Origin: Callorhinchus milii | Lineage: Eukaryota | DNA length: 64,000 nucleotides | Direction: 5' to 3' | Assembly: GCF_018977255.1 (NCBI RefSeq) | Contig: NW_024704752.1 | Location: forward strand, 744,001 to 808,000 | Notes under the pieces: model-generated | Told to the model about the DNA's origin: nothing | The model's database searches: none | Seen by the model: the letters and a program-made list of their open reading frames with translations, nothing else | Shown: positions 20,478 to 33,200 of the stretch, in pieces | How the letters are laid out: each line of letters starts with the position of its first letter | Numbering within the stretch: the first letter of the stretch is position 1 | Position numbers and translations under genes: made by a program

Positions 20478-23400
20478 ATGTTCAGCCCATATGTGTGGCT
20501 GCTCATTGCTTGTTGTGTTTGGGGATCCCAGGGAAAGCATTGCAGGCTCCAAGGCAAGTTCAATCTATCGGAAATATCCAAAGATGGCGATATCGTTCTA
20601 GGAGGTATCTTCAATGTACACGTTGATCGCTTTGAACAAATGAATACGTTCCTTACTGCTCCAGAAGAAACAAAATGCAAAAGGTGAGCTCAGTAATGTT
20701 AGGGACCATTGTATGATCAGACTTTAATGAAAGTGCAGGTGATAAACCCTCATGGGTCTATTTTAATGGAAATTGTACATTTAATAAAATTGAACCCCAT
20801 TCGTGTGTGAGTGATCTATTATTACAAAATATAAGTGTTCAACAATTAGGGACCCAAGTGGAGATCGTCTTGTTGAGGCAGAGGGCATTGGCTGATGTAC
20901 TAAATAATTACTTTGCAACTGTCTTCACAAAAGAAGATGATGTAACCAATGCCCCAAATCACAGGCGTGTGTACAGAAATTGGATATGATAAAAATCAAC
21001 AAAGAGGAGGTACTAAAAAGGCTGTCGGTGCTCAACATAGATAAGTCACCTGGTCCGGATGGGATGCATCCCAGGTTACGAGGGAAGCAAGGGTGGAAAT
21101 AGCGGAGCTCTGGCCACAATTTTTCAATAATCTTTGGACACTGGAGTGGTGCCAGAGGACTGGAGAGTTGCAAATGTTACTCCCCTGTACAAAAAGAGGC
21201 AGAAGGATAAACCTGAGAGCTACAGCCAATCAGCCTAATGTCAGTAGTAGGGAAACTTCTGGAGACTATAATTCGGGACAATGTAAATTTTCACTTGGAA
21301 AAATATGGTTTGATAAAGAACAGTCAACACAGATTTGTTAGAGGCAGATCGTGTTTGACAAACCTAATCAAATTTTTTTATGAAGTGACTGAGAGAGTGG
21401 ATCAAGGTAGTGCAGTCGATGTAGTTTATCTAAGTTTTCAAAAGGCATTTGACAAAGTGCCACATAAGAGACTTATAAACAAAATAGAAGCCCACGGTGT
21501 TAAAGAGACTGTGGCAACATGGATCGAGAACTGGCTGGGAGACAGAAAGCAGAGAGTGGTAGTTAAACGGTTGCTTTTCTGACTGGAGGGAGGTGTGTAG
21601 TGGTGTCCCTCAGGGGTTGGTATTGGGACCACTGCTCTTTCTGATCTATATCAATGATCTGGACCTGGATATCGGGAGCACAATTTCCAAATTTGCAGAT
21701 GGCACTAAGCTAGGAAAAGCAGTTAATGGTGAGGAGGATAGTACCAGACTACAGGAGAACTTAGACAGATTGGTAAAATGGGCAGAAAAATGGCAGATGA
21801 AATTTAATGTGGAGAAATGCAAAGTGTTGCATTCTGGTAGGAATGAGGAGGCAATGTAAGCTGATGGTACTATCTTAAAGGGGGCAAATGAACAGAGAGA
21901 CCTGGGGGTCCACATGAGCAGATCTCTGAAGGTGGCAGGACAGGTAGATACAGCTGTTAAAAAAAGCATACGGGTTACAGGGTTTATAAATAGGGGCATA
22001 GAATTCAAACGTCAGGAGGTTATGTTGAATATTTATAAAATGCTGTTAGGCCTCAGTTGGAGACTGTGTTCAGTTCTGGCACCGCACTTTAGAAAAGATG
22101 TTCGGGCATTGGAGAGGATGCAAAGGAGGTTTACCAGGATGGTACCAGGAATGAAGGACCTTAGTTATGAGGAGAGATTAGCGAAACTAGGATTATTCTC
22201 CCCAGAGCAGAGAAGATTAAGAGGGGATTTAATAGAGGATTTCAAGATCATGAGGATTTGGTAGGTTGAACCGGGAAAAACTGTTTCCATTGTAACCCAA
22301 GGACACCGATTTAAGATAGTTGTTAAAAGAAACAGAGGAGAGGTTAGGAAAAATGTTTTCACCAGTGAGTTGTTGGGATCTGGAATGCATTACCTGAAAG
22401 GGTAGTGGAAGCCGATTCAATAACAACTTTTAAGAGAGAAATAGATGGGTATTTGGGGAGGACAGGATTGCAGGGCTATGGAGAGAAAGCAGGCCAGTGG
22501 GATTGAGTTGATTTCTCTTTTCAGAGCCTCCTTCTGTGCTGCATGTTTCTATGATTCTATGATTTATACACACTGTTTGTTGGCTGGAAAATTACACATT
22601 TATTTAAACTGCAAGCCAAAAAAGATTTAGCAAATAATTACATGGACAGTTTTCTGTTTCATATATTAGAAAAAAAATTCACTGGCCTCATAGGTTTATT
22701 ATCATGTTCTTATCAACTAAAACAAGAGGAACTTGCATTACCGAGAATATTTGTGTTGTACAGGCTATATATGGGCTGCTCATTGCTTACTGTTCACTGC
22801 TCATTGCTCACTCACTTTGGGAGGACTTGGGACATCCTACTGATGTGAAAGGCGCTATAAAAATGTAATTTTGATGTGGTTGCTGTTGTGTGTTGGGAAA
22901 GGATTCTAGGCTCCATGCGAAGTTCACTCTATCCGAAATATCCATATTTCAGGCTGTTTAGTGTCTTGAAGCACTTAACAATGGCTTAGTGTGCTAACTA
23001 CTCCCCCACCCACCACCATTGCTGGGGGGATACGATGTTAACCCTACACCCAGTCTGCTTGCTCAGTTGGACATGAAAGATTTCCTGGCAATATTTGAAA
23101 AAAAATTGAGATGCCCCGATGTCACCTAAATTGTAAACAGATTCTTTCAGACATTCTTTATGTCACAGGCGTGTTCTTTATGTCAAATGCCAGATTTATT
23201 ATTGTTATTATTGAATGCATTTGGCCCAATGAAAAGTAATATTACTTACATTAAAACAGTGCCTTTCACCTCGAGATGACGTCTCCAAGTTCTTAACAAG
23301 ATGTACTAAAAAGTGTAATGATTGTGGTCTCACAGGCCCATTCTATTCAAAAAGCACCTCGCTGAAGCTGACATGCAATATACAGGACTCTGATATAACT

Positions 23401-26400
23401 GCAACATTAATGGTGGATTTCTCATGCAGTTTGGATTTTAGAGCCTTCCGTCTGGTCAATACGATGATGTTTGCAATAGAGGAAATAAACCAGAACCCAG
23501 CACTGCTTCCTGATATTACTCTGGGATATAAGATTTATGATGACTGCGGATCTTCCAATATTGCCACTAAAGTAGCACTGAGCCTTGTGAACGGTCAAGG
23601 AGCAACAGAGGATGACCATAACTGTGAAGGGCCTCCTAATGTCCCAGCTCTTGTTGGTGGTGATGGATCCTCGGAGTCCATAGCTGTTGCAAGGTCAATT
23701 GGTCCATTCAGAATCCCAATGGTACGTTATCACATTCATATTGGTGCGAAGTCAGTTACTCTCTGAACAGAAAATAAATATTTAACATTTCACAAACATT
23801 TAAACCACGAATATTGTGGACTAAATATCTAATATAAGTATTCATGTCTGCTATATTTGAAAAAGTACCAAATGGAAATTGTCCCTTCTTCCAAATTTAC
23901 TTACACATTGTTGGGTCACAAACATCCCAACCGACCGCGCCTCAGCCCCCCCCACCCCACCCCCCCACAAAAACATGACGGCTTCTTATTTAAGGAAGCC
24001 TTAGTTCATGACTAACTATGCTGGAATGGTTAAGTTTGGAAACTATGATACTCATCAAATGTATGTAAAATAACATGTTATTATTTAGATCTGACTGTTT
24101 TCTGTCTAAATCTATTATCAACTGCAGGTCAGTTACTTTTCCACATGCGTCTGTCTCAGTGACAAAAATGAATTTCCCACGTTTTACAGAACCATACCCA
24201 GTGACTACCATCAGTCCAAGGCTTTAGCTCAAATCATTAAGAAGTTTGGATGGACGTGGATTGGGACTATCAGAAGCAACAATGACTATGGTAACTTTGG
24301 AATGCAGGCATTTGTAGACATTGCGCAGGAACTTGGCATTTGCATTGCCTTCTCGGAATCATTTTATAGAACAGATCCACTTGAAAAGATAAAAAAAATT
24401 GTAAATATAATTAAGTTATCGACCACAAAAGTTGTGGTGGCTTTTGCTGCCCCGAGGGAAATGCAGTTATTACTCAAAGAAGTAATACGACAAAACCTCA
24501 CTGGAATACAGTGGGTGGGAACTGAAGCCTGGATAACAGCCCAACTTATTGCCCCAAATGAAAGTGCGAGATTTCTTATTGGAGCAATTGGCCCAGCGAT
24601 TCCTTCAGCAGAAGTAAAGGGATTGCAGGAATTCCTTCTGAAAATTCATCCGTCTAAGTTTCCCGGAAATAGTTTAGTAAAGGAGTTTTGGGAAACTGCG
24701 TTCCAATGTAGTTTCTGGTCAGGAAACACAAGCCAAACAAACACAACATCCACATTGCAGCAATGCACCGGCAAAGAAGATGTAACAGAAATACACAATG
24801 GATATTCTGATGTAACTATGGATGGAATTTCCTACAACGTATACAAAGCGGTGTACGCTTTAGCTCATGCACTTCACAATCTGCTTTTGTGTGAGAGAGG
24901 AAAAGGACCATTTATGAACAACACCTGTGCACACACATCAAATTTTCAGCCATGGCAGGTAAGGAAGCATTCGTACATAAAACATATCTGTATTGGTAAC
25001 CAATATTTTGTGTAATTTTTGAATTATGTCAACCTACTGACGATTGTTAAGTTACTAACCATCTCATATAATAAACATTATCGTTCATGTAATGTGACGT
25101 TATGATTCCTCAATGCTGCCTTACATTTGATCATATTCTTTGATATTGTTGTACAGATTCTCCATTACCTACAGTCAGTAAATTTTACATCTAAATCCGG
25201 TGACAGAATTTATTTTGATGAAAACGGTGACCCTGTGGCCAAGTATGACTTGATAAACTGGCAAAAGAATTTGAAAGGCGTTGCTGAAACTCGTGTAATT
25301 GGCTTCTACGATGGTTCCGCATCTCCAACCCGGGAGCTTACGGTGAATGAGGAGGCTATCGTGTGGAGCAATGGTCAAACTGAGGTAGTTTTCTATTTGC
25401 TTTAGAAAATAAACAATTACCATGAAGGAGAATGTCAAACAATACTTAAAAAGAATCAGTTTGTTAGTCGATTGGTGCATCACTCTTCCAGGGATAATAG
25501 TTCCTTCAAAAAAAATATTAATTTGGTCAATCAATCCAAGACTGTTTTTGGGACGCTGCTGTGCACAATTGGCTGTTGCGTTTCGCCTACAAAATATACA
25601 GTCAATTCACTTTACAGAATGTTCTGTGAAGCGCTTTGAGATGTCTCAACAACGTGATAAGGCACTGTATTAAATCAAGTATTCTTATTTTATGATTATA
25701 AAATATTATAGCAAATTGCATTGATAACATGCTCTTCACATACTTTTGTGACTTAGAGTGCTTTACAGTGGCCGAGCTGAGTTGGATAATGAGGGAGAGG
25801 GGAGGTGATTGTCGGTGTGGTAGGTTGTGAGATTTAACTTAAGACCGAGTGACAGGATAAGAATGAGGTACGGAGGGAGAGTTTCAGAGTTTTGGTGCAG
25901 AATTAGACAGCTTTGGGACAATTCATATTTATATTTCTAATTAGTTTATTTGGCTTCTTTTCAGAAACATGCATTTATAAAGTCATTACTGATTAATTCA
26001 CCTGCATCATTTTATTTGACAAGTTTTATTTTTATTCTGAGATCCCACGTGCGGTTTGCAGTGAGAGCTGTATTCCTGGAACAAGAAAAGTTTCCAGAAA
26101 AAGCCAACCCGTGTGTTGCTTTGACTGTACAGAATGTGCTGAGGGAGAAATCAGCAACATCATAGGTGAGTGTAAAATTCCTCTTCCTATTTAACGCTTC
26201 TCTTTCAAAAACTCCCTTTAGTAATATTCATGCCATACTTACTGAATTATCGTACCTTTCCCAGATTCCACAGACTGCATTAAATGCCCTGAACAATATT
26301 GGCCCAATCAGCAGAGAGATCGTTGCCTACCAAAGGAAATAGAGTTCCTCTCCTTTACCGAAATGCTGGGAGGTGTATTGCTGACATTGGCTCTGGTGGG

Positions 26401-27175
26401 AGTGAGCACCACAATAAGTATTGCCATTGTCTTCTTCACACACAGAGACACTCCTATTGTTAAAGCCAACAATTCTGAGCTCAGCTATCTGCTTCTCTTT
26501 GCATTAACGCTGTGTTTTCTGTGCTCAGTGACTTTCATTGGCGAGCCCTCAGTCTGGGCTTGCATGTTGTGCCACACAGCATTCGCTATCGCTTTCGTTC
26601 TCTGTATTTCCTGTATTTTGATTAAAACAATCCTTGTGATTCTGGCGTTTAAGGCAACTCTTCCAAACAACAACATGGCCAAATTGTTCGGGCCTGCTCA
26701 GCAGCGTTGGAGTGTATTCCTCCTTACCTCTGTTCAGTGCCTGATATGTACTCTCTGGTTAACTATATCACACCCATTTCCCATGAGAAACACAGAATAT
26801 TACAGAGAGATTATCATTCTGGAATGTGACCTGGGCTCTGTGAGCGCCTTTTATTCTATGGCGGGATATATTGCTTTCCTGGCCGGAGTGAGCTTTGTGC
26901 TGGCGTTTCTAGCTCGGAAATTACCTGATAACTTTAATGAGGCTCAATGTATAACCTTTAGCATGCTCATCTTTTGTGCTGTTTGGATCACTTTTATACC
27001 AGTTTACATCAGCTCTCCTGGGAAATACACCGTTGCTGTCGAAGTCTTTGCTATTTTAGCCTCGAGTTTTGGGTTATTGTTTTGTATTTTTGTTCCTAAA
27101 TGTTACATTATTTTGATAAAACCTGAAATGAATACTAAAAAACACTTGATGGGCAAAGTACCTGCAACTGAATAA
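20478..27175 (+). CDS. V2R/OlfC receptor gene B (type I), 6 exons, 863 aa
   Basis: join(20478..20683,23430..23721,24128..24958,25157..25384,26042..26165,26265..27175); sizes 206/292/831/228/124/911, frame intact, C-terminus KVPATE*; alternative upstream ATG at 20436. Confidence 0.93.
20848..22563 (+). mobile_element. CR1 LINE, 5'-truncated, in intron 1 of gene B
   Basis: [43 protein letters not shown]; (CTATGATT)2 tail; empty site in gene E intron 1 at ~51997. Confidence 0.92.
22741..22946 (+). pseudogene. Degenerate duplicate of exon 1 inside intron 1 of gene B
   Basis: CCGAGAA...GGCTGCTCATTGCTT...GGGAAAG...AGGCTCCA...AAGTTCA.TCTATC.GAAATATCCA aligns to exon 1; interrupted by a short L2 tail. 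Confidence 0.65.
25455..25690 (+). mobile_element. Deu-SINE fragment in intron 4 of gene B
   Basis: GGGACGCTGCTGTGCACAATTGGCTGTTGCGTTTC core. Confidence 0.75.
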
Positions 27176-28044
27176 GCACTGCCCATCACGGATATATGAT
27201 CGTGTGCAGCAGAATGTAAACATATCATGTCTTCATTAAATGCAAAATGAAAATAACCATGTAAATTGTTTCATATATATACACTCGTATACGGTATTGT
27301 TCATGGTAGGATTTCCAAAATAATAAAATAACTGGAGTTTGATCACACGACATTTAATGTTACATTCGAGCCAACGCTTTGAGGTGAGACACCGACAGAT
27401 ATACAACTTGTGCGATATGCGCACATTGGCAGGATGCTCCTCAATGACAGAGCAAATGTCCACGTGTGCATTACATACCAGTGTGTGTGTGCATTGTATA
27501 CACCGTGTTAGACAGCATTGCCTTCCCCGTTTGGTATCCGGAGACCACTCACATATGTTCACACCGTTTGGAGACACAATTATATTCCATGTATAGCGTC
27601 TCCCAATTACACCCGAAAAAAGGAAGCAATACCCACAATGCAATGCATAACAACGCCCCTTGTGGAGCGATGAGATTTTGCAGCTCCATTGTGGGAGTCG
27701 GTGGGGGGGGGTACCCGGGGTCCCCACCTCACGGTCCCAGTACCTTTATCCACAAGGCAAGTCAAACTCAACCTTTTTGGTGCACATGTGGAAACCCATC
27801 ACCATCCTGAACAATATCCAAACCAAACTGAGATTGGTATATATCCACATACACTGGAAATACTAGAGAAAAGATTGTTGGAATGCAATGAGCGCTCTCT
27901 GTCTGGAGGGAAGCATCCGCTGACCTTGCTTACAGATGCAATTTGGCCAGAGCCAAGGCTTGGGGACAGCAGAGTGTACATTGCGGTAACTGCTGGTCTC
28001 TAACCAGTTAAAACCACATAGCTTGGCATTGGTATTGCTGTCTG

Positions 28045-29215
28045 CCACCCCCCTGCCCCATTCACATTTCTGCCCCTTCTACACCCCACACTCCGCTACG
28101 CCTGTATCAATCTTACTTTCCCACCTCCCTCCTCACCTTATCTCTCTCCTGGATCCCATCACTGCCTCCCTCTGCTCCAGCTTGGGCATCCCCTGTGAGG
28201 CCCACCGTGGCTCTAAGTGATGGTTGTCCCAAAGCAAACACCCCAACTTCCCCATCACCCACTCTCCATCCATCACCTACTCCAATAACCCCCAAGCTGC
28301 CTCCATCCTCACCTCTCATGCCAAGTGGAAGGTGGTTCTATACTTCTTTGTGTCACCAATGAAATATTTGCTTGGCTCCATCCTCCTCCGCTCTGGTCCC
28401 TTCGGCAACAACAACAAATTACATTCGTATAGCGCCTTTCAAGTCAGGCAGACATCCCAAGTCACTTCTTCCTCCTCAAAAATCCCACCCTTGACCCCTC
28501 CAACCTCGCAATCTACCGAACCATTTCCAACCTGGTCTTCCTTTCCAAAGCTCTGGAACGTGTTGACGCTAACCAGCTTTGCTCTCACCTCAACCTCCAC
28601 TCCCTCTTCAAGTCCCTCCAGCCTGACTTCCATTCTACTCTTAGCACAGAGACAGCACTTGTCAAGTCCTGTTTGTTTGGATACTGTTCAGCATGGTGAT
28701 GGGTTTCCACATGACAGCACCCTCTCTCTGTGATCAGGGCTGCGTCTGTCTCCCCGTCCTCTGGACCTCTACACCGCATTCACAGAGTTGACCACTCCAT
28801 CCTCATCCATTGCCGCTCCTCCTTCATCCACCTCATTCAGATCGCACTAGTTCGAGTCTTACCTACACAAATCTACTTCTCCTCTTCCAGCTGAGAATCC
28901 AGGTCTGCCAATGTTCTCTTGGCTTGTAAGGTAAGGCCTGGGTGAGCAAAAACTTCCAACAACAAAATGTTGACAAGACGGAAGCCATACTCATTGGCTT
29001 CCATCAACGTCTTCTATCCTGTGGCTCTGACCTCCTCAACTTTCCTGGCCTATCCCTCAAACTTACCGAACCAGTGCGCAACCTCGGCATCAGGTTCGAC
29101 ACATAGCTATTCTTCCTTACCCACATCCGGTCCCTGACCAGGACAGCCTTCCTCCACCTCCACCACATTGCCCACCTCTTACCGTACCTTATCCCAGACG
29201 CAGAGGCTTGATTCT
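28045..29215 (+). mobile_element. Old, deleted L2 remnant in the intergenic spacer
   Basis: C-rich L2-like blocks (KTEAILIG, VRNLGIRFD); paralogous at ~37970-38910 and ~59463-61590. Confidence 0.7.
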
Positions 29216-29306
29216 GATATTCTGTTGGCAAATAGGTCAGCTTGGAGCCAGTTCAGTTCCAAACCCCGCTTACCCCCACCCCCCGCCATCCACCCCCACC
29301 CCCAGC

Positions 29307-29560
29307 GAAATACGGCAGTGAATTGTGCACAGCAGTGTCCCACGAACAGTCATGGATTGAAGTTACCGATTTATTTTAAAAGGAATTATTATCTCTGGAA
29401 AAACGATCCGCCAATCCACTAACAACTGGGTTCCTATTTACTGCGAGGCAAATGGTGGCGTGTGGAGTAAGGAAACTTGCCCAACATTTCGCCCTGCCGG
29501 GAATCTAACCCAGGTCTCTCGTCTGCGAGGGGAGTGCTCTAACCACTGAGCTACAGGACT
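29307..29560 (-). mobile_element. tRNA-derived Deu-SINE
   Basis: Reverse complement head GTCCTGTAGCTCAGTGGTTAGAGCAC; paralogous copies at 38913-39122 and 61686-61938. Confidence 0.82.
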
Positions 29561-30256
29561 GCACATAACAAAGTATAGTATTACTTAAGGTTTGCTACTG
29601 TCTGATGAGATTCAATATGCTTTGTAGTAGCATTTTTTCATATTCTGGGAATTCTCTGCAAAGAAAGCCAACCTTCCTACCCAATTTCTACCAGTTCGCA
29701 TTTCATTGGCACGACTGACATCACATTCTTATTAATTATTTATTTTTCTGATTACTAATACAGATATATATATTGTGTGTATTATCTTTAGTCTGGATAT
29801 TATATATATCTATAGTTAAGGCAAACAAATGAAAAGAATGGAAATTTTTAACATGGTACAAAAAATACATTAGCTGCTTGCCAGCACCTTGGGTCCTCCT
29901 CCTGACGTGAAAAGCTCCAACAAATGTAAATTGTTGTTGGTGTTGTTGTTAGTCAGCAGGTTCCTATGCTAAAGGAAAAATAGTGCTGGTGATATTGATC
30001 GATTTGCATGGAGTTATTTGAAAGACATAAACAAGTCCATGTGGTCTCCAGCGTCCTGTTTCCATTTCCAAGGTGAGGAGATTCTTATCCACTGGGATTA
30101 TCACGATGTACCTGTGGTTTGCATTGTTAAATCTGTTTGAATGAGTAAATTGAACCACAAATCATTGCAAAGAGAATATACTATATATATCTGCGCAATT
30201 AACAGCCAGGATTCAAATAGAGAGACAATCAGCACCTGTTTCCGAAACGCATTACA

Positions 30257-33200
30257 ATGTACCGTCTATTTTTGTGCTTACTCTTTGCTAGTTCTATGTG
30301 GGAATCAAATGAAGAGACCTGCAAACTACAAGGAACGTTTAATTTACCCCAAATATCGATAGGTGGAGATATTGTTCTTGGAGGGATTTTTAATATACAC
30401 GCTGGTCGATTTAATCAAATTAATTCTTTTTTTACTGCACCCGAAGAAACAAAATGCAGAAGGTGAGCTCTGTAATATGATGAAAGATGGTCTGTTTTAG
30501 ATTCATAGTTTCATAGAATGTTACGGCACAGAAGGAGGCCATTCGGCCCATTGAGTCTGTGCCGGCTCTTTGATAGAGCAAGTCACTTTCACTAACCCCA
30601 ATACTGCTGTTTGTAGAGCAATCCTCCCAGATCCCTCATGATGGGATTTCGAAAACTGAATTCAAATCACAGGAGTGAATTGTGATCACAAAATATTGCA
30701 CCATATAATGATTTTACCAGATATTATAATTTCCACTAATTCCTCACAAAATAACTCACCCTAATTCAGTTTCCTTTCTTAGCATCAATTTGCTGTCCTG
30801 TCAGACTGGTTCAATTGTGACAATTTGCTGCATCGCATTTCACATCTGTTACACCTTTCCAAGCACTTTACAGGCTACACTGTAAAGTGATCAGATTGTG
30901 TTGTGTGGGCAAACGCGATGGTCAATTTGTTCACAGCAATGTCCCAGAGCTAAAGCCATGAACTAAATGACCAATTTTATTGGTGGGTTGTTATAATAAT
31001 AATAATCCTTGCATTTGATATAGGCTTTTCACGTCGGGAGGACGTCCCAAAGCGCTTCACAGAACACACTGTAAAGTGAAATGACTGTATGTTTGTGGGC
31101 GGTAGCACAGCAATGGCCCACAAACAGTCGTAGATTGAAAATGACCAATTTATTATTGCTTTGTTTTTTTGGAGGGATTATTATTAGGAGTGTGGAGTAA
31201 GTAAACTTGCCCAAGGTTTCGCCCTGCCTGGGATTGAACTCAGGTCTCTCGCTTGCAAAGCGAGTGCTCTAACCACTGAGCTACAGTCCTCCTGTTGGCC
31301 AGGACATCGAAATAAACTCGCTTCTCTTTGGGGGCTACTCTTAATTTTGATCCAGGTGATTCAAGCCCCATGTTGTCACTCTGAAGTTATAAAGTTCTAA
31401 GATCATATTATGATCTTTGTACTTGATAAGGCATTCTCCATATGAAATACTAATGCAGCGCTGGGGAATCCTTGTTTTGTTGCTGGTAGCGTCCTTCTGA
31501 AGAGACGTTAAACCGATGTCACACCAGTGTTTTCAGGTGAATGTTAAAGATTTCATAGCACTATTCGAAAAGAGAAGGGATATTATCCTAGTGGGACATT
31601 CTGTGTGTAAACTCGCTGCTGAGTCTACTAATAAAATCACAAATTTCCTTCATAAAAGTCCAGTGTAGTTTCAGATTACTTCCAATTTCCAGATATCAAT
31701 AGTGAGAAGATCTTCGATCCATGTTGCTTTTCATTAACCACAACTCTACAGTAGTCATTTTCCCCCATGCTGTATTTTGATTTGATGTTTCAACCTGTTC
31801 ACCTTCAACTCGTTATCTATGCCAGTTTTGTTGTAGAATATAACATCATCTTGTATTTACATACGGCCCTTTTTGAGAGCAGTATCTTCGAGCCTTATTT
31901 TGAGTGTAACAGACAGACATTTCCCATCATTGTACAAAATAGCAGTATTAACATTAATTGTATGTAACAATTACCTAATTCATCTGTTTATCACCCAGTT
32001 TTGATTTCAGAGTCTTTCGCCTTGTGAACACAATGATTTTTGCAATTGAGGAAATAAACGAGAACAGTGCGATACTCCCGAATGTTACACTGGGCTATAC
32101 CATTTATGATGACTGTGGGTCTCCCACCATTACTACTAAGGTAGCTCTGGGTCTCATGAATGGTCAAAAGGAAGAAGAAATAGAGAGCGGCGATGACTGT
32201 CAAGAATCTCCCAGTATCCCAGCTCTAGTTGGTGCTTACGGATCTTCGGAATCCATGGCAGTGGCAAGATTAATAGCTCCTTTCAGAATTCCAATGGTAA
32301 GTTCACATAATTAGTTACTGGTTAATGCTTGGTAAATTACAATTTAGAAAAACTAAACATGTAATATCTTACAGAAACAATAAAACTGGAATAAATATTA
32401 CACATTGAAATTATAATAACATATATTCAATATTTTAGTTATGCAAAATAATCCAAACTAATCTGTTATGTTTACCTTCATTAATACACAATGTGTGGGA
32501 ATATCTTACTAAACCTATGATGGCTTCCTCATTTAAGGCAAAAACAACAACAATACAAAACATATTGCATTTATATAGCACATTGGGAGGATGTCCTGAG
32601 GAGCTGGGCAGTGGATTCAAGCTGGGGATTGGAATCAAAGGAGTTGGAGGGCAGGTAGGGGTGTGTTGAGCTGGGAGGATGACCGAAGACACGGTCAAAG
32701 AGGACGGTCTTTAGTTGGGCCATGAAGCAGTCAAGGAAAGGAAGATAATAAAGTGGCTCCAGGAGGTCGGGTCAGAAAGGTTGGATTGAAGAATGCTCAA
32801 GCTGGTATATTTGTCGCTATTGATTCAAGGTATTTAGATTATGAAAGTTATATTCTAATTCATGATCTGCCTACACTTATTTTGTCGACTGCAGGTCAGC
32901 TACTTTTCCACATGTGCCTGTCTCAGTGATAGGAAAGAATATCCCACGTTTTACAGAACTATACCCAGTGACTATCATCAGTCCAAGGCTTTAGCTCAAA
33001 TCGTTAAAAATTTTGGATGGACGTGGATTGGGACTATCAGAAGCAACAATGACTACGGTAACTTTGGAATGCAGGCATTTGTAGACATTGCGCAGGAACT
33101 TGGCATTTGCATTGCCTTCTCGGAATCATTTCATAGAACTGATTCTCTTGAAAAGATAAGGAAAATTGTAAATATAATGAAATCATCTACAACTAAAGTG

